Positions 8,819 through 19,523 of a stretch of 64,000 nt of DNA are shown here, one piece after another. Below the pieces are notes generated by a model. The model did not search any database. It was given only the letters and a program-made list of their open reading frames with translations, and had not been told where the DNA came from. The translations under genes were made by a program, and so were the position numbers. The stretch's first letter is position 1. Every line of letters starts with the position of its first letter. Source of the DNA: an uncultured Acidimicrobiia bacterium (GTDB taxonomy: Bacteria; Actinomycetota; Acidimicrobiia; Spongiisociales; ZC4RG35); NCBI GenBank assembly GCA_963744905.1, contig CAVUUV010000006.1, forward strand, positions 129,077-193,076, in the 5' to 3' direction.

Positions 8819-9994
8819 TCATGCGATGTGATGCCTTGATGCAAGGACCCGGGACAGCCGGATGGCGAAATCACCCAGCCACACCGCCAGCGCCCCGAGA
8901 ACCACGGGGCCCAAGTCCAGGATCAAGGCCACTCCCGCCAGATTGGCGGCTATCAGCGGAAGCCACCCATGGGCGGTCATGACGCGCAGATGGGTGGTCA
9001 ACGGCGCACCTTTGAGGACAGGGATCAGATAGGAGAGGGAGCCGGCCAGGATCTGGCCGACACCCGCCAGCACCGCCATGCCCGTCCACCCGCCCACCGG
9101 GGCCAGGGACCGCCCGGCTATCAGGGTCGCTCCGTCGACCAACGCCCAGACGATCAACCAGCCCGTTCCGGCCACGACCTGAACGAATGCCAGCTCCCGG
9201 CGCCCTCTTTCCCGGAGTCGCACCAGGATGCCGCCCAGCATCACGAGGCCCGAGACCGCGACCGCAACGGTTCCCGACCCGACCGCCCGACCGCCGAACA
9301 CCAGCCCTGTCGCCATCGCCACGGCTCCTCCCACCGAGAGCCACCAGGCCAGCCTCGCTTCGCTCCCGCTCACGGCCCGGTGGTGGGCAACGGTGGGAAG
9401 AAACGTGGGAAGGGTCCCGATGATGGTCAACCCGACCAACCCGACCAGGTTCAGGTGGCTGTGGACCAGACGCAGATCGGCGTAGTGGCCGCCCGCACTT
9501 CCCGAACCCAGAATCGCTCCCAGACTGACCCCCACGATCCCACAGGCGATGGCCGCCAGGTAGAACCGTGCCGAGAGGTCGAAGCGGCGAAGCAGGCTCC
9601 TTCGCACGGCTCCGGTAATGGAGCGGGCCAGGAGGACCAGGCCCATGACGACGCCCGCTGCGCCCACCCAGACCAGGGGCGCGATGTCAGCCGTGACCCC
9701 TACCAGCACCAGGCCGACGCCGACCGCAAGAGCCCACCTCTGAAGGGCGCTGGACACGGCCCCCGGCGGGGTGGCGGCCGCCCACGTGATGGTGAACATC
9801 TGGCTCGCACCGGAAATGGCGAGCAGGACGGCGCCGGCCAGGAACGCATGCAGGGGACCCCACCATGATCCGTCCCCTACCAGGGTCACGACCGCCCATA
9901 CCACGGCCACAACGGCAAATACGAGACCCAGCCGAAAGGCGCGCCGGGCCAGGGCGTGGGAGGCAACGACGCGGTGACCCCGGTCCGGGTTCAC
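8819..9994 (-). CDS. polytopic integral membrane protein, function unknown
   Basis: 391 aa and very hydrophobic. Has a His-rich segment LVHSHLNLVG. The start overlaps the HPP gene stop by 4 nt. Confidence 0.7.
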   Translation of the reverse strand: MNPDRGHRVVASHALARRAFRLGLVFAVVAVVWAVVTLVGDGSWWGPLHAFLAGAVLLAISGASQMFTITWAAATPPGAVSSALQRWALAVGVGLVLVGVTADIAPLVWVGAAGVVMGLVLLARSITGAVRRSLLRRFDLSARFYLAAIACGIVGVSLGAILGSGSAGGHYADLRLVHSHLNLVGLVGLTIIGTLPTFLPTVAHHRAVSGSEARLAWWLSVGGAVAMATGLVFGGRAVGSGTVAVAVSGLVMLGGILVRLRERGRRELAFVQVVAGTGWLIVWALVDGATLIAGRSLAPVGGWTGMAVLAGVGQILAGSLSYLIPVLKGAPLTTHLRVMTAHGWLPLIAANLAGVALILDLGPVVLGALAVWLGDFAIRLSRVLASRHHIA

Positions 9995-10560
9995 TTACCG
10001 GGCGCCCAGAGCGGATAGTCGATGCCGGCCAGGCGATTGATCACGAAACCCTGCACGGTGAGGAGCACGACGGCCAGCATCAGCACCGCCAGATCGACGG
10101 GTGTGCGCATGATCCCCAACGAGACGATCAAGGTCGTTGCCCCGGCGGGAGGGTGGGGAACCCGCAGCCACACCATCAACCCCGACGTGAGGCCCAGAGA
10201 CAGAGCCGCGGCCGCCACCCTGGGCCCGGTCACGGAGGTGGCTAGAGCGGGCGCAGCCTCGGTGAGACCGAACAGCACCAAGGACAGATAGCCGGCACCG
10301 GCACCGATGGCATGCCCGAAGATGGTATTGCGGGGTGAGGCCGAAGCACCAGTAGGCGTGTAGAAGAACAGGAAGGCGGTGGGGCCCAGCGAAGGGAAGA
10401 TGAAAGCGCTCCCGGTCACGAACGCCGCCGCCGACATCACCGCGATGGAGATGAATCCGTTGATGAGGGCGAAGGAACCCATGACCGACGTCGACGAGTG
10501 ATTGCGGACCAGTGCCGGGATTCGGAACCGCCGGGCCAACCCGTCGACGATGGCATACAT
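9991..10560 (-). CDS. HPP family membrane protein
   Basis: Contains VPHPPAGATTLIV (HPP motif). Start chosen at MYAIVDG (ATG at 10560). The longer ORF to 10752 is less plausible. Confidence 0.75.
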   Translation of the reverse strand: MYAIVDGLARRFRIPALVRNHSSTSVMGSFALINGFISIAVMSAAAFVTGSAFIFPSLGPTAFLFFYTPTGASASPRNTIFGHAIGAGAGYLSLVLFGLTEAAPALATSVTGPRVAAAALSLGLTSGLMVWLRVPHPPAGATTLIVSLGIMRTPVDLAVLMLAVVLLTVQGFVINRLAGIDYPLWAPGK

Positions 10561-10594
10561 CTGGCCCCCGATGGGGCCCTTGGGCAACCCCGGG

Positions 10595-10798
10595 TCAGTC
10601 ACGGGGGAGATACCGGTAGAAGAGAACAGCCCCCACTGCCAGAACAGCGGATACGCCGGTCGCCGCCCACGAAAGACCAGGGTCGTAGGCCAGCAATCCC
10701 TCCACTGCCACCGACAGCAAGAACAGCTGCAGACCGACCAGCACCAGCACATAGACCAGCACCGCGGTGCTGAGCTGACGTGATTCGCTCCCTCTCAT
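10595..10798 (-). CDS. small two-TMS membrane protein
   Basis: 67 aa. ATGA start/stop overlap with the Rieske gene. Two hydrophobic helices. Confidence 0.55.
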   Translation of the reverse strand: MRGSESRQLSTAVLVYVLVLVGLQLFLLSVAVEGLLAYDPGLSWAATGVSAVLAVGAVLFYRYLPRD

Positions 10799-11295
10799 GA
10801 TGGCTCGACGCCGGTCGCCCATATCGTCGCGCCCCTTATCTCCACGTCGATTCGACCCAGGGGACGTTCCGGCGGACCGGACACAGGCGCTCCGGTCGTG
10901 TCGAACACCCCCTCGTGACAGGGGCACTCCAGATGCCCGTCTTTCGGTGCCCAGTAGACGACGCAACCGAGATGGGTGCATTTCTGACTGAACCCCACCA
11001 AGGTCTCGGGATCGAGCCGCAACAGGATGGCGGGGTCGTGTTCGGTGGGATAGGAGAAAAGGAAGCTGGAACCGATGGCCACTTCGTCCAGGGCGACGAT
11101 GGGAGTGGGCGTCCCCGTGTTGACCGATCGCAGCGACGCCCACAGGCTCACCAGTCCCCCACCTCCCGCCACCGCCACCGATGCCGCCACCAGGTAGCGG
11201 GTGAATTCCCGACGGGTGACACCGTCCTCACCCGCCGCCGTATAGGGGAAGTCACGTCGCCAGATGGGCGGGCCGGTCTCGCCTTCCCGGCTCAT
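10795..11295 (-). CDS. Rieske [2Fe-2S] protein with N-terminal Tat-like anchor
   Basis: CTHLGC ... CPCH Rieske ligand boxes. TRREFTRYL followed by a hydrophobic helix. Confidence 0.9.
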   Translation of the reverse strand: MSREGETGPPIWRRDFPYTAAGEDGVTRREFTRYLVAASVAVAGGGGLVSLWASLRSVNTGTPTPIVALDEVAIGSSFLFSYPTEHDPAILLRLDPETLVGFSQKCTHLGCVVYWAPKDGHLECPCHEGVFDTTGAPVSGPPERPLGRIDVEIRGATIWATGVEPS

Positions 11296-11909
11296 CCCAC
11301 CGCCTCCAGACCGAACGGGTCATCCTGCCAGCGGGATGGTCGTCTTCCGATCGAAACCGAGACCGGCCCCGCCTGGTCGGTGACCACGGCCACCTTGGTG
11401 CGAACCTCCTGATGTCCGAACGACCAGTCCCGAACCAGCTCTCCGCGCCTCGAGCGTTCGAACTCGTCGACGGTTCCGTACCACAGGGCCTCCGATGGGC
11501 ATACCGAGGCGCACATGGGCTTGAGGCCCTCGGAGGTGCGGTCGTAGCACATGTCACATTTCATCATCTGCTCGAAGGAGGTGACCATCTTGGGAATGCC
11601 GAACGGGCAGGCGTAGACGCAATTCGAGCACGCTATGCAGCGCGGCTTGAGCGACGACTGCACCACACCGTCCTCGTTCTGCTTGATCGCATCGGCGGGA
11701 CAGACCTCGGCGCAGGTGGGGTCCTCACAATGCATACACACCATGGGAATCGTCTGGGTGGTGGCGCCCCGGTCGACGGTGTCGAGATGGATGAGGGAGA
11801 CCCCCCGATGGGTTCCGCATTCGGAGCAAGCCTGCACGCATGCCCGGCATCCGATGCATCGACTGTGGTCGACGGCGAACACAGCCGCAGATGCGTCGAC
11901 CGGCATCAT
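11292..11909 (-). CDS. 4Fe-4S dicluster electron-transfer subunit
   Basis: Several CxxCxxCxxxC-type motifs ([35 protein letters not shown]). Confidence 0.9.
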   Translation of the reverse strand: MMPVDASAAVFAVDHSRCIGCRACVQACSECGTHRGVSLIHLDTVDRGATTQTIPMVCMHCEDPTCAEVCPADAIKQNEDGVVQSSLKPRCIACSNCVYACPFGIPKMVTSFEQMMKCDMCYDRTSEGLKPMCASVCPSEALWYGTVDEFERSRRGELVRDWSFGHQEVRTKVAVVTDQAGPVSVSIGRRPSRWQDDPFGLEAVG

Positions 11910-14140
11910 TCAGCGACCCCCTCATGAAGGGTGAGGTCCCGGTCGTCGCGCACGTCTCCCCGGCCGGTGGCTTTCTCCACCCTCACCGCCGAGACCTTGA
12001 ACTCGGGTATGCCCGAGATCGGGTCGATAGCCCGCTGGGTGAGCTGATTGGCCGACCTGTCACCGGGCCAGTGATAGGGGATGAAGACCGTGTCGGGCCG
12101 GATGGTCTCCACCACCTTGGCCGGAGCCGTCATCATCCCCCGCCTCGATGTGATCCTGACCATGTCGCCGTTGTTCACCCCCAGCCCCTCGGCCAGACGA
12201 GGATGCATCTCGCACAAGGGCTCGGGATACTGGTCCACCAGGGAGCCGATGCGTCTGGTCTGTGTTCCCGACAGGTACTGGCTGATCACCCGGCCGGTGG
12301 TGAGATAGAGGGGGTAGTCGTCGTCGGGCACCTCAGCGGACTCCCTCCACGGAGTGGGGATGAACCGGGCCCGGCCATCGGGATGGAAGAAGCGGCCGCC
12401 TTCGAACAGACGCGGGGTCCCGGGGTGATCTTCGGTGGGACAGGGCCAGAACACGCCCTGCTCCTCCTCGACCCGTTTCCAGGTGATCCCGTAGTAATCG
12501 GCGCTCCCCCCCTTCGATGCCACGCGAAGCTCTTCGAACATCTGCTCGGTGGAGGAGTAATCGAAGTACCGGCCGCGGCCCAGGCGCCGGGCCAGATCAC
12601 AGATGATCTCCCAATCCCGCCGGGCTTCCCCCGGTGGGGGTGTGGCCTCGTTGATCTTCACCACCCGGCCCTCGAGTGTGGTGACGGTTCCCTCGTCCTC
12701 CTCGTGCAGTGAGCCGGGAAGGACTATGTCGGCGTGAGCCGCCGTCTCCGACAGGAAGAAGTCGATCACCGAGTAATGCTCGAGCCTGTCCAGGGCCGCC
12801 CTGGTGAAATTGGAGTCGGGCAGCGACACCAGGGGGTTGAAACAGATCGACAGCAAACCCTTGATCTCCCCCGCCCCGATTGCGTTCATGATCTCCTGCG
12901 CGGTGAGACCCTTGCCGGGGATCTCCGACGGGTCGCATCCCCACACCGAGGCGATGTACTCGCGGTGCTCGGGATTGGTCACATCGCGATTACCGGGTAG
13001 CTGGTCGCACTTGTGGCCGTGCTCACGCCCACCCTGGCCGTTGCCCTGCCCGGTGATGGTGCACACCCCACAACCGGGCTTGCCGTACTTTCCCGTCGCC
13101 AGACCCAGATTGATGCATGCCAGGACGTTGTCGACCCCTTTGGTGTGATGCTCGATGCCCCGAGCGTGGAGGAGCATCCCCGTTGGCGACTCTCCCCACA
13201 TTTCGGCTGCCTCCTCGATCCGCGCCGCCGGGACCCCCGACACTCTCTCAGCCCAGGCGGGAGTCGCCTGGTCCACCGCCGCGGCAGCTTCCTCGAAGCC
13301 ATTGGTGTGGTTTTCGATGAAGTCGTGGTCGAGCAGGTCCCGCTGGATCAGGACACGCAACATCGCCGACAGCACCGCCAGATCGGTCCCGGGTCTGACG
13401 CCGAGGAAGACGTGGGCGGTCCGGGCTACCGGCGTCACCCGAGGGTCCATGACGACCAACCTGGCCCCCCGGTCCCGGGCCCGCCAGATATAGCTGGTCG
13501 TAATCGGCGCACACTCGGCGATGTTCGCCCCGGCCACGAGGACCAGGTCGGTGAGGGGAATGTCGGACCAGGGGTTGGCGGCGCGGTCCACCCCCAGCGC
13601 CTTCTTTCCCGCCGCGCCCGCCGAAACCATGCACAGACGGCCGTTGTAGTCCAGGTTGGCGGTGCCTATCCCCAGCCGGGCGAACTTGCCCATCAGGTAT
13701 GACTTCTCGTTGGTGATGGAAACCCCGGACAGCACGGCGAACGAGTCGGGTCCGTACCGCTCCTGGATGCGCCGGATCTCGGAGGCAGTCCGGTCCAGGG
13801 CATCATCCCAGCTGATTCGCCGGAACCCACCCGGAGCCGACGGGTCCCGTTGCAGGGGATGCAGGACGCGATCGGGGTGGCTTCCCTGCAGATATCGTTT
13901 TACGCCCTTGGGACAGAGCTTGCCCTGGTTGAAAGGGAAGTCGTAGCGGGGCTCAAAACCAACCACGCGGTCGTCGTGGACCTTGAGCCGAATGCCACAT
14001 TGCTGGCCGCAGAAGCAGCAGTGGGTGTCGACCACCCGGTCGATTTCGAGGCCGGCATCCCATCCCCCGGGCGGGACCCGGTTGAGGTGGGGCCCGTAAC
14101 GCTCGATCAGCTCGGCTTCGGTCACCGGGATCTGAGACAT
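11906..14140 (-). CDS. molybdopterin (bis-MGD) oxidoreductase catalytic subunit, nitrate-reductase/formate-dehydrogenase-like
   Basis: N-terminal Fe-S motif CCFCGQQCG...LCPKG. 744 aa from [11 protein letters not shown]. No Tat signal seen. ATGA overlaps on both sides. Confidence 0.85.
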   Translation of the reverse strand: MSQIPVTEAELIERYGPHLNRVPPGGWDAGLEIDRVVDTHCCFCGQQCGIRLKVHDDRVVGFEPRYDFPFNQGKLCPKGVKRYLQGSHPDRVLHPLQRDPSAPGGFRRISWDDALDRTASEIRRIQERYGPDSFAVLSGVSITNEKSYLMGKFARLGIGTANLDYNGRLCMVSAGAAGKKALGVDRAANPWSDIPLTDLVLVAGANIAECAPITTSYIWRARDRGARLVVMDPRVTPVARTAHVFLGVRPGTDLAVLSAMLRVLIQRDLLDHDFIENHTNGFEEAAAAVDQATPAWAERVSGVPAARIEEAAEMWGESPTGMLLHARGIEHHTKGVDNVLACINLGLATGKYGKPGCGVCTITGQGNGQGGREHGHKCDQLPGNRDVTNPEHREYIASVWGCDPSEIPGKGLTAQEIMNAIGAGEIKGLLSICFNPLVSLPDSNFTRAALDRLEHYSVIDFFLSETAAHADIVLPGSLHEEDEGTVTTLEGRVVKINEATPPPGEARRDWEIICDLARRLGRGRYFDYSSTEQMFEELRVASKGGSADYYGITWKRVEEEQGVFWPCPTEDHPGTPRLFEGGRFFHPDGRARFIPTPWRESAEVPDDDYPLYLTTGRVISQYLSGTQTRRIGSLVDQYPEPLCEMHPRLAEGLGVNNGDMVRITSRRGMMTAPAKVVETIRPDTVFIPYHWPGDRSANQLTQRAIDPISGIPEFKVSAVRVEKATGRGDVRDDRDLTLHEGVAE

Positions 14141-15198
14141 CAGCCGAATCCTCCCACGTGTGAAACCTGAGCCAAACCCACCAGCCGGCGGCGACAACGG
14201 GGGCACACGTCCTGGTAGTTGCCCCCGTCGAGCGAGTAGTCGAACCCGACCTGGGGAAGCACCTCTTTGAGGTCCTCCATCTGGAGACGGGAGGCGAAGC
14301 CCTCCCCACACTCGATGCAAGGCTGCAAGCCGGACTCGGTCCCGGCCTTCCTGTAGAAGGCGATGCCCAGATTCGCCGGCCGCTGCAAGATGTGGAACAG
14401 CTTGCCGAACGGAATGTAAAGCAGGCCGAGAATCACGGTGAGGGCGTGGACGTTGTTGAGGAACGAATAGAACCGCCCTCCCATCCACATGCTCGATGCG
14501 GTGAGCATCAAACCGGTGACCGATACCGCGAACAGGCCTGCCAGGGCGGCGAAGTCCCCGCTTCGCTCCAGGGCTTTGGCGCCCGGATCGCGGAAACGCC
14601 GCCCGAGGAAGATGACCACCCCGGCTATGACCAGGAAGGCGGCGATGTTGAGCAGGTGGAAGACGATCCAGCCCAGGAAGCTACGGGCGTCGAACGTGAT
14701 CGTCGCCAGGGGTCCGAGGAAGGCCTGATAGGTGCGGCCGCTGGGATCGGCCGACTCGAAGTGGATCCAGCCGAAGGTCAACGGGAAGGTGACCAGCCCG
14801 GCAAGGACACATCCCCAGAAGAGGAGCTGGTGGCCGAGCCAGCGGGTTCGAGAACGTGAGGCGATGAATCGCTGCAAGGCCAGGTTGGTTACCAGCATTC
14901 CCGCCAGCGACACCAGGTTGGATCCGAGCTTTCCCCGAGCTCTCATCGCCTCCCACCCGCGCTGATTGAGGCGAGCGGTGGGAGGTCGCCGCAGCCAAAC
15001 CACGTAGCGATAGACGGTGCCGAACACGGCCAGCAAGGTGCCGAACAGGTAGGGGGCGAGGGCAGGATCGAACCACTCCAGTCCCTGGGAACCGAGCCAG
15101 ACCCCGACCAGCAGGACCACAACTGCCGTCGCTCCCAACCCGATGCCCCGCAGGTCGAGGCTCAAGCTTCGGCTCCGCTCCAGCATCATTCGAACCAT
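14140..15198 (-). CDS. NarI/DsrM-like membrane subunit with a Cys-rich C-terminal tail
   Basis: Polytopic. [12 protein letters not shown] motif. C-terminal CIECGEG...CPRC. Confidence 0.65.
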   Translation of the reverse strand: MVRMMLERSRSLSLDLRGIGLGATAVVVLLVGVWLGSQGLEWFDPALAPYLFGTLLAVFGTVYRYVVWLRRPPTARLNQRGWEAMRARGKLGSNLVSLAGMLVTNLALQRFIASRSRTRWLGHQLLFWGCVLAGLVTFPLTFGWIHFESADPSGRTYQAFLGPLATITFDARSFLGWIVFHLLNIAAFLVIAGVVIFLGRRFRDPGAKALERSGDFAALAGLFAVSVTGLMLTASSMWMGGRFYSFLNNVHALTVILGLLYIPFGKLFHILQRPANLGIAFYRKAGTESGLQPCIECGEGFASRLQMEDLKEVLPQVGFDYSLDGGNYQDVCPRCRRRLVGLAQVSHVGGFG

Positions 15199-15225
15199 AA
15201 CCGGATCGAGTCCAGCCCACGCGGG

Positions 15226-15666
15226 TCAGGGGACGAGTGAAACCGCCAGCAACACCACCACGACCGAGACGATCGCTCCGCTCATCCCCACGACCCGGAT
15301 CGCCCTGGTGGAAGATCTGACCGCCGTCACTCCGTGCAGGCCGGCCACGACGAAGCTGACCAGGGCCAGGGTGATCTTGACGGCCAGGGTGCGGCCGTAG
15401 CCCGGCACGGCCAGCGCCCCGAACGTGACTCCCCGGTGATAGGCCAGCGCGATACCGGTGGCGAGGAGGAGGGGGATCAAGCCCGCACCGGCGATGCGGG
15501 CGAACCTCGAACCCATGTCGCTCACGAGGTCGACCCGGGTCTCGTCCTCGAGGAGACGAACCGTGGCCGGACGCACGATCAGGCTCAATGTGAGTTGACC
15601 CCCTACCCAGAGAATTGCTGAGCCGACATGAAGGAAACGAACCGCCGTCCAGATGTCGAATCGCAT
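15226..15666 (-). CDS. membrane protein (CopD-like fold suspected)
   Basis: 146 aa, 4 hydrophobic helices, same strand and immediately upstream of the oxidoreductase genes. Confidence 0.55.
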   Translation of the reverse strand: MRFDIWTAVRFLHVGSAILWVGGQLTLSLIVRPATVRLLEDETRVDLVSDMGSRFARIAGAGLIPLLLATGIALAYHRGVTFGALAVPGYGRTLAVKITLALVSFVVAGLHGVTAVRSSTRAIRVVGMSGAIVSVVVVLLAVSLVP

Positions 15667-15728
15667 CGTCGCAGGTTGGCAGCTTCGAAATGAGTGGCGA
15701 ATTCATCTTGCGGAAGGCTCGGCCGGGA

Positions 15729-16004
15729 TCAGGCTCCAACCGACTCGAGAATGAACCTGGCGTAGTAGTTGGGCCAGAATTCGTCCGGGGCCTCGGCTCG
15801 ATGCTGCTCATCCGCGGCCCGGAGCCAGGCGGCTACCTGCTCCACGCTCGGCTCGAAGCCGAGGTGTTCGGCGATGTCGGGGTGGATGAAATCCGCATAC
15901 CACTGCGACCAGGTCGGGCTGGGCCCGCCCACCTCTGCGTGGTGAGCCCGCCCGGCCGCCCTGAGGAGGCGACTCAGTTGCTTCACGCGATCGGGATCGA
16001 TCAT
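15729..16004 (-). CDS. hypothetical protein
   Basis: 91-aa ORF with coding-like composition. No motif recognised. Confidence 0.45.
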   Translation of the reverse strand: MIDPDRVKQLSRLLRAAGRAHHAEVGGPSPTWSQWYADFIHPDIAEHLGFEPSVEQVAAWLRAADEQHRAEAPDEFWPNYYARFILESVGA

Positions 16005-16049
16005 GCTCGGATCATATTTGGCTCCGGCCCCTCCCGGGGAAAGAACCCC

Positions 16050-16823
16050 TCAGTTCGGGCTGAAACGCTCGGATATGAGATAACCCCCGTCGACCGGAAG
16101 TGAGATCCCGGTGACGAAGGCCGAGGCCGCCGAGGCCAGGAATACCGCCGCACCCACCAGATCCTCGCTCTGTCCCCACCGACCGGCCGGGGTCTTTCGA
16201 CGGATGTCCTCGCCCAGGGGTCCCTCGACCTCTTCCCGGGTCATGTCGGTCTCGTACCAGCCGGGGAGGATGGCGTTGACCTGGATGTTGTGCGGCGCCA
16301 GCTCTATGGCCAGGCTCCGCGTGAGGCCGAGAAGGCCGGCCTTGGACGAGCCGTAGTGGGCCAACCGGGGAGCGCCGTAGATGGAGTAGATGGAGGCAAC
16401 GTTGATGATCTTGCCCCCTCTTCCCGCTTCGACCATGGCCCGACCAGCGTGTTTGGCGCACAGGAAGGCGCCGGTGAGATTGGTCTCGATCGTGGCATCC
16501 CAGTCTTCGCGCTCGGTATCCAGCACCGGGGCCCCGCGGGCCACACCGGCGTTGTTGACCAGGATGTCGAGGGAGCCGAACCGGGCCACCACCTCTGACA
16601 CCACCTGCGCCACGGCGTCCTCGTCGCGCACGTCGAGGGCCAGAACCATGCCCTCACGCCCCAACTCACCGGCCACGACCCGGTTCCTGTCCGGATCTCG
16701 CCCGGTCACCGCCACTACAGCCCCCGCCGCTCGCAGGCCCAGGGCGATTCCCCGTCCCAGGCCGCGGTTTCCCCCCGTTATGAGGGCGGACATTCCTTCG
16801 AGCGAGAACAACGAGCGGGACAC
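16050..16823 (-). CDS. SDR family oxidoreductase (FabG/gluconate 5-dehydrogenase-like)
   Basis: ALITGGNRGLGRGIA, NNAG, YGSSKAG catalytic motifs. Confidence 0.9.
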   Translation of the reverse strand: MSRSLFSLEGMSALITGGNRGLGRGIALGLRAAGAVVAVTGRDPDRNRVVAGELGREGMVLALDVRDEDAVAQVVSEVVARFGSLDILVNNAGVARGAPVLDTEREDWDATIETNLTGAFLCAKHAGRAMVEAGRGGKIINVASIYSIYGAPRLAHYGSSKAGLLGLTRSLAIELAPHNIQVNAILPGWYETDMTREEVEGPLGEDIRRKTPAGRWGQSEDLVGAAVFLASAASAFVTGISLPVDGGYLISERFSPN

Positions 16824-16967
16824 GACTGGAAAGGCTCCTGTGGGGGGCCTCAGTTATACCGCGGCGACGGCGATCCAGCGACATGTGTCCACTGCGGACA
16901 CCGGTCCCCTCTCCCTCGCCCGTAATCGCGGTCACGAACCCCGAGGTGTCTGTAAGTTCACGAGAGC

Positions 16968-17495
16968 ATGACCGAGAGCGTGGAACTGGTCGACGATCGG
17001 GGGAACCGGATCGGGGTTGCGGAAAAGTTGGAAGCACACCGGTCCGGACAGCTACATCGGGCCGTATCGATCTTCATCCTCCGTGACGATGAGCTTCTCA
17101 TGCAGAGACGGGCCTCGGCCAAGTACCACTTCGGGGGTTTGTGGGCCAACACATGCTGCACCCACCCCCGGCCCGGTGAGTCGCCCCGGGGCGCCGCCGA
17201 GCGCCGCCTTCCAGAAGAGATGGGCATTACCGCCGGCGGACTCGAGGAGGTCGGTACCTTCCTCTACACCGCCCCCGACCCGGTGAGCGGCCTTATCGAG
17301 CACGAGTACGACCATGTCTTCACCGGCTCTCCAGTGGGTGTGCCGGCCCCCGACCCCGACGAGGTGGACGAGTGGCACTGGGTGGGGATCGAGAAGCTTC
17401 GCCGAGACCTCCTCGTCACTCCGGAGCGATTCACCCCGTGGCTCCGACCGGCGTTGGATTTGGTGATGGGTACTGAGCCGCGTTCCGGGTGCTAA
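16968..17495 (+). CDS. idi: isopentenyl-diphosphate delta-isomerase, type 1
   Basis: LHRAVSIFI ... WANTCCTHP ... EHEYDHVF, characteristic Idi/NUDIX-fold motifs. Confidence 0.85.
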   Translation: MTESVELVDDRGNRIGVAEKLEAHRSGQLHRAVSIFILRDDELLMQRRASAKYHFGGLWANTCCTHPRPGESPRGAAERRLPEEMGITAGGLEEVGTFLYTAPDPVSGLIEHEYDHVFTGSPVGVPAPDPDEVDEWHWVGIEKLRRDLLVTPERFTPWLRPALDLVMGTEPRSGC

Positions 17496-17543
17496 TGGTG
17501 CCGGCGGCCAGGGCTCCGGCCCCACGAGATCATCCGAGAGCTC

Positions 17544-17858
17544 GTGGCCCGAAAGAAATTCGTCGACCTGTGCACCAACGCCATCCTCATGGAGCGGAAG
17601 CTCGACCTGTTCGAGTCCAGTCCCTATTCTGCCTGGGCGGTCCAAACCGATGGGTTGCGCCCCACGACGAGTCGGTCGAACGTGAGTCGAAGGAGCAAAC
17701 AACACGCGCCAGACAACGGCCCCGAAGAGAAGATCGACGACGACGAGCTGGCTGAGTGGATAGCCGATGCAGGCCCCTGGGCAGATAGCTCGCACCACCA
17801 GGCCCCCATGATCGGCAGCACCCAGATCATCCGCCTGAGCGAGATCGGACGAAAGTAG
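17544..17858 (+). CDS. hypothetical protein
   Basis: 104-aa ORF in an otherwise gene-poor gap. Codon bias only partly convincing. Confidence 0.3.
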   Translation: MARKKFVDLCTNAILMERKLDLFESSPYSAWAVQTDGLRPTTSRSNVSRRSKQHAPDNGPEEKIDDDELAEWIADAGPWADSSHHQAPMIGSTQIIRLSEIGRK

Positions 17859-18024
17859 AACAGCCAGGACAGCCTCGTTCACCAGAGCGCTCTTCTCCAC
17901 AACGAGTGCGGGAAGGACGAAACGGAACCTGTCGGCCCTCCCGCTTCGGGAACGATCTGACCCGCTTGCCCTGGGTCTCGTCGGCGATCGGGGTTCGTCG
18001 CGGGAGAGCCGAGTCCGTGCGCGG

Positions 18025-19377
18025 CTATGACTTCACTGAATAGACGTGCCACTCACCGGGGACGCCTTTGAGGGCATGGGTGCCGGCTTCGGTGAAGGTC
18101 AAGCCCGAGCCCGCCGACAGATCGTGGACTACCGAGGAGACGATCAGGTCTCCGGGTGAGGCGAGATCCATCAAGCGGGCTGCGATGTGCACTCCCAGCC
18201 CCCGCAAGTCCCCGTTCAGCATCTCGACCTCGCTCGTGTGGAGGCCACCACGAATCTCGATCCCGATCGCCGTTAATTGATCACGAACGGAGAGCCAGCA
18301 GCGGGCGGCACGGGCCGGCCCTTCAAAGACGCTGAGCGACCCGTCACCGGTGTATTTGACCACCCGACCGCCAAACCGGGCCACTCCCGACTCGACGATG
18401 CCGTTGTGGGTCTCGAGTAACGCCGCCCAGTCCCGGTGACCCAGGCGGGCGGCGGTCTCGGTGGAGGAGACGATGTCGGTGAAGAGCATGCTCATCAATG
18501 CCAGGTTGGGGACCGAACCCAGCCGATCGCCGGTGACGAACTCCTCGATCTCGCCGAGGACGGTCTCGGCGTCGCCCATCCATGGGAGATGGTCATCACC
18601 GGGCAGCTCCACGAAACGAGCACCTTCGATGTGGTCGGCTACATACCGGCCCCCGGCCACCGGGCACGCACCATCGCCGGTGCGGTGGATGACGAGTGTC
18701 GGGACATGGATGGCGGGAAGAGCTGCCCGGACGTCGATTGCGGCGTTCATCTCGACCATCGCCCGGGCCGAACCGGGGCTCATGCTGTGGCGGAGATTGG
18801 CCGCCCACCAGTTGAGGAACCGGGGATCGTTCACCGAACCGGGCGCAATCAGACCGACGGCAATGGGTTCGCCCCAGTGTTCGATCACCTCCTGGAGAAA
18901 GGCTCCGTACTGCTCGGGCGTAAGGGCCGTGTCGTGGTCGGGCGCGCTGACGCGGCGGGCGTAGGAGTTGATGACCACCAGGCGGTCGGTTCGTTCGGGG
19001 TAGGTAGCGGCGAAAAGCAGCGCCAACGGTCCCCCGTCGGAAGCGCCCACCATTGCCGCCCGCTCGATGCCAACCGCATCCATCACCGCCTTGAGGTCGT
19101 CTTTGCGCTGCTCGATGCCGGGAAGGTCCTTGGGTGAGACCCGATCCGACAGCCCAACACCCCGCTTGTCGAGAAGGGTCAAGCGACTGAACGAGGCGAG
19201 CCGCCGGTAGAAATGGGCCAACTTGGGATGCGCCCAGGCGTGCTCCAGGTGGGAGGCGAACCCGGGGACCATCACGAGATCGATCGGACCGTCCCCGAGG
19301 ACCTGATAGGCGATACCCACACCGTCACTGTCTGCGTAGCGCGTCTCTGGAATTGAAGATGGGATGGATGTCGTCAT
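18025..19377 (-). CDS. alpha/beta hydrolase fused to a class III adenylate/guanylate cyclase domain
   Basis: N-terminal hydrolase fold (GASDGG elbow). C-terminal LFTDIVSSTE ... KYTGDGSLSVF cyclase motifs. Confidence 0.85.
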   Translation of the reverse strand: MTTSIPSSIPETRYADSDGVGIAYQVLGDGPIDLVMVPGFASHLEHAWAHPKLAHFYRRLASFSRLTLLDKRGVGLSDRVSPKDLPGIEQRKDDLKAVMDAVGIERAAMVGASDGGPLALLFAATYPERTDRLVVINSYARRVSAPDHDTALTPEQYGAFLQEVIEHWGEPIAVGLIAPGSVNDPRFLNWWAANLRHSMSPGSARAMVEMNAAIDVRAALPAIHVPTLVIHRTGDGACPVAGGRYVADHIEGARFVELPGDDHLPWMGDAETVLGEIEEFVTGDRLGSVPNLALMSMLFTDIVSSTETAARLGHRDWAALLETHNGIVESGVARFGGRVVKYTGDGSLSVFEGPARAARCWLSVRDQLTAIGIEIRGGLHTSEVEMLNGDLRGLGVHIAARLMDLASPGDLIVSSVVHDLSAGSGLTFTEAGTHALKGVPGEWHVYSVKS

Positions 19378-19523
19378 TGGTCGTGCCCAGGAGACCGGAA
19401 GCCTACCCTGAAGCCGGACGCCGACCTCGGGTGCCGGACGTTCATGAACTCGACCTTCGTGACCGGGGACGTTCAGGGTCCCTTCCCCGGCTTCAGTGAG
19501 CGGGCTATGGTCCAGGGTCGCCG

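Noticed and set aside
14681-15811. 376-aa minus-strand ORF, and similar long out-of-frame or antisense ORFs overlapping real genes (569-1234, 1616-2554, 3207-4181, 5841-6674, 8969-9868, 11840-12712, 17052-17900, 19473-20660, 22692-23799, 37223-38011, 59344-60165)
   Set aside because: Each overlaps, in another frame or on the opposite strand, a gene with clear family motifs, and each has an Arg/Pro/Gly-dominated composition. I treated them as non-coding shadows.
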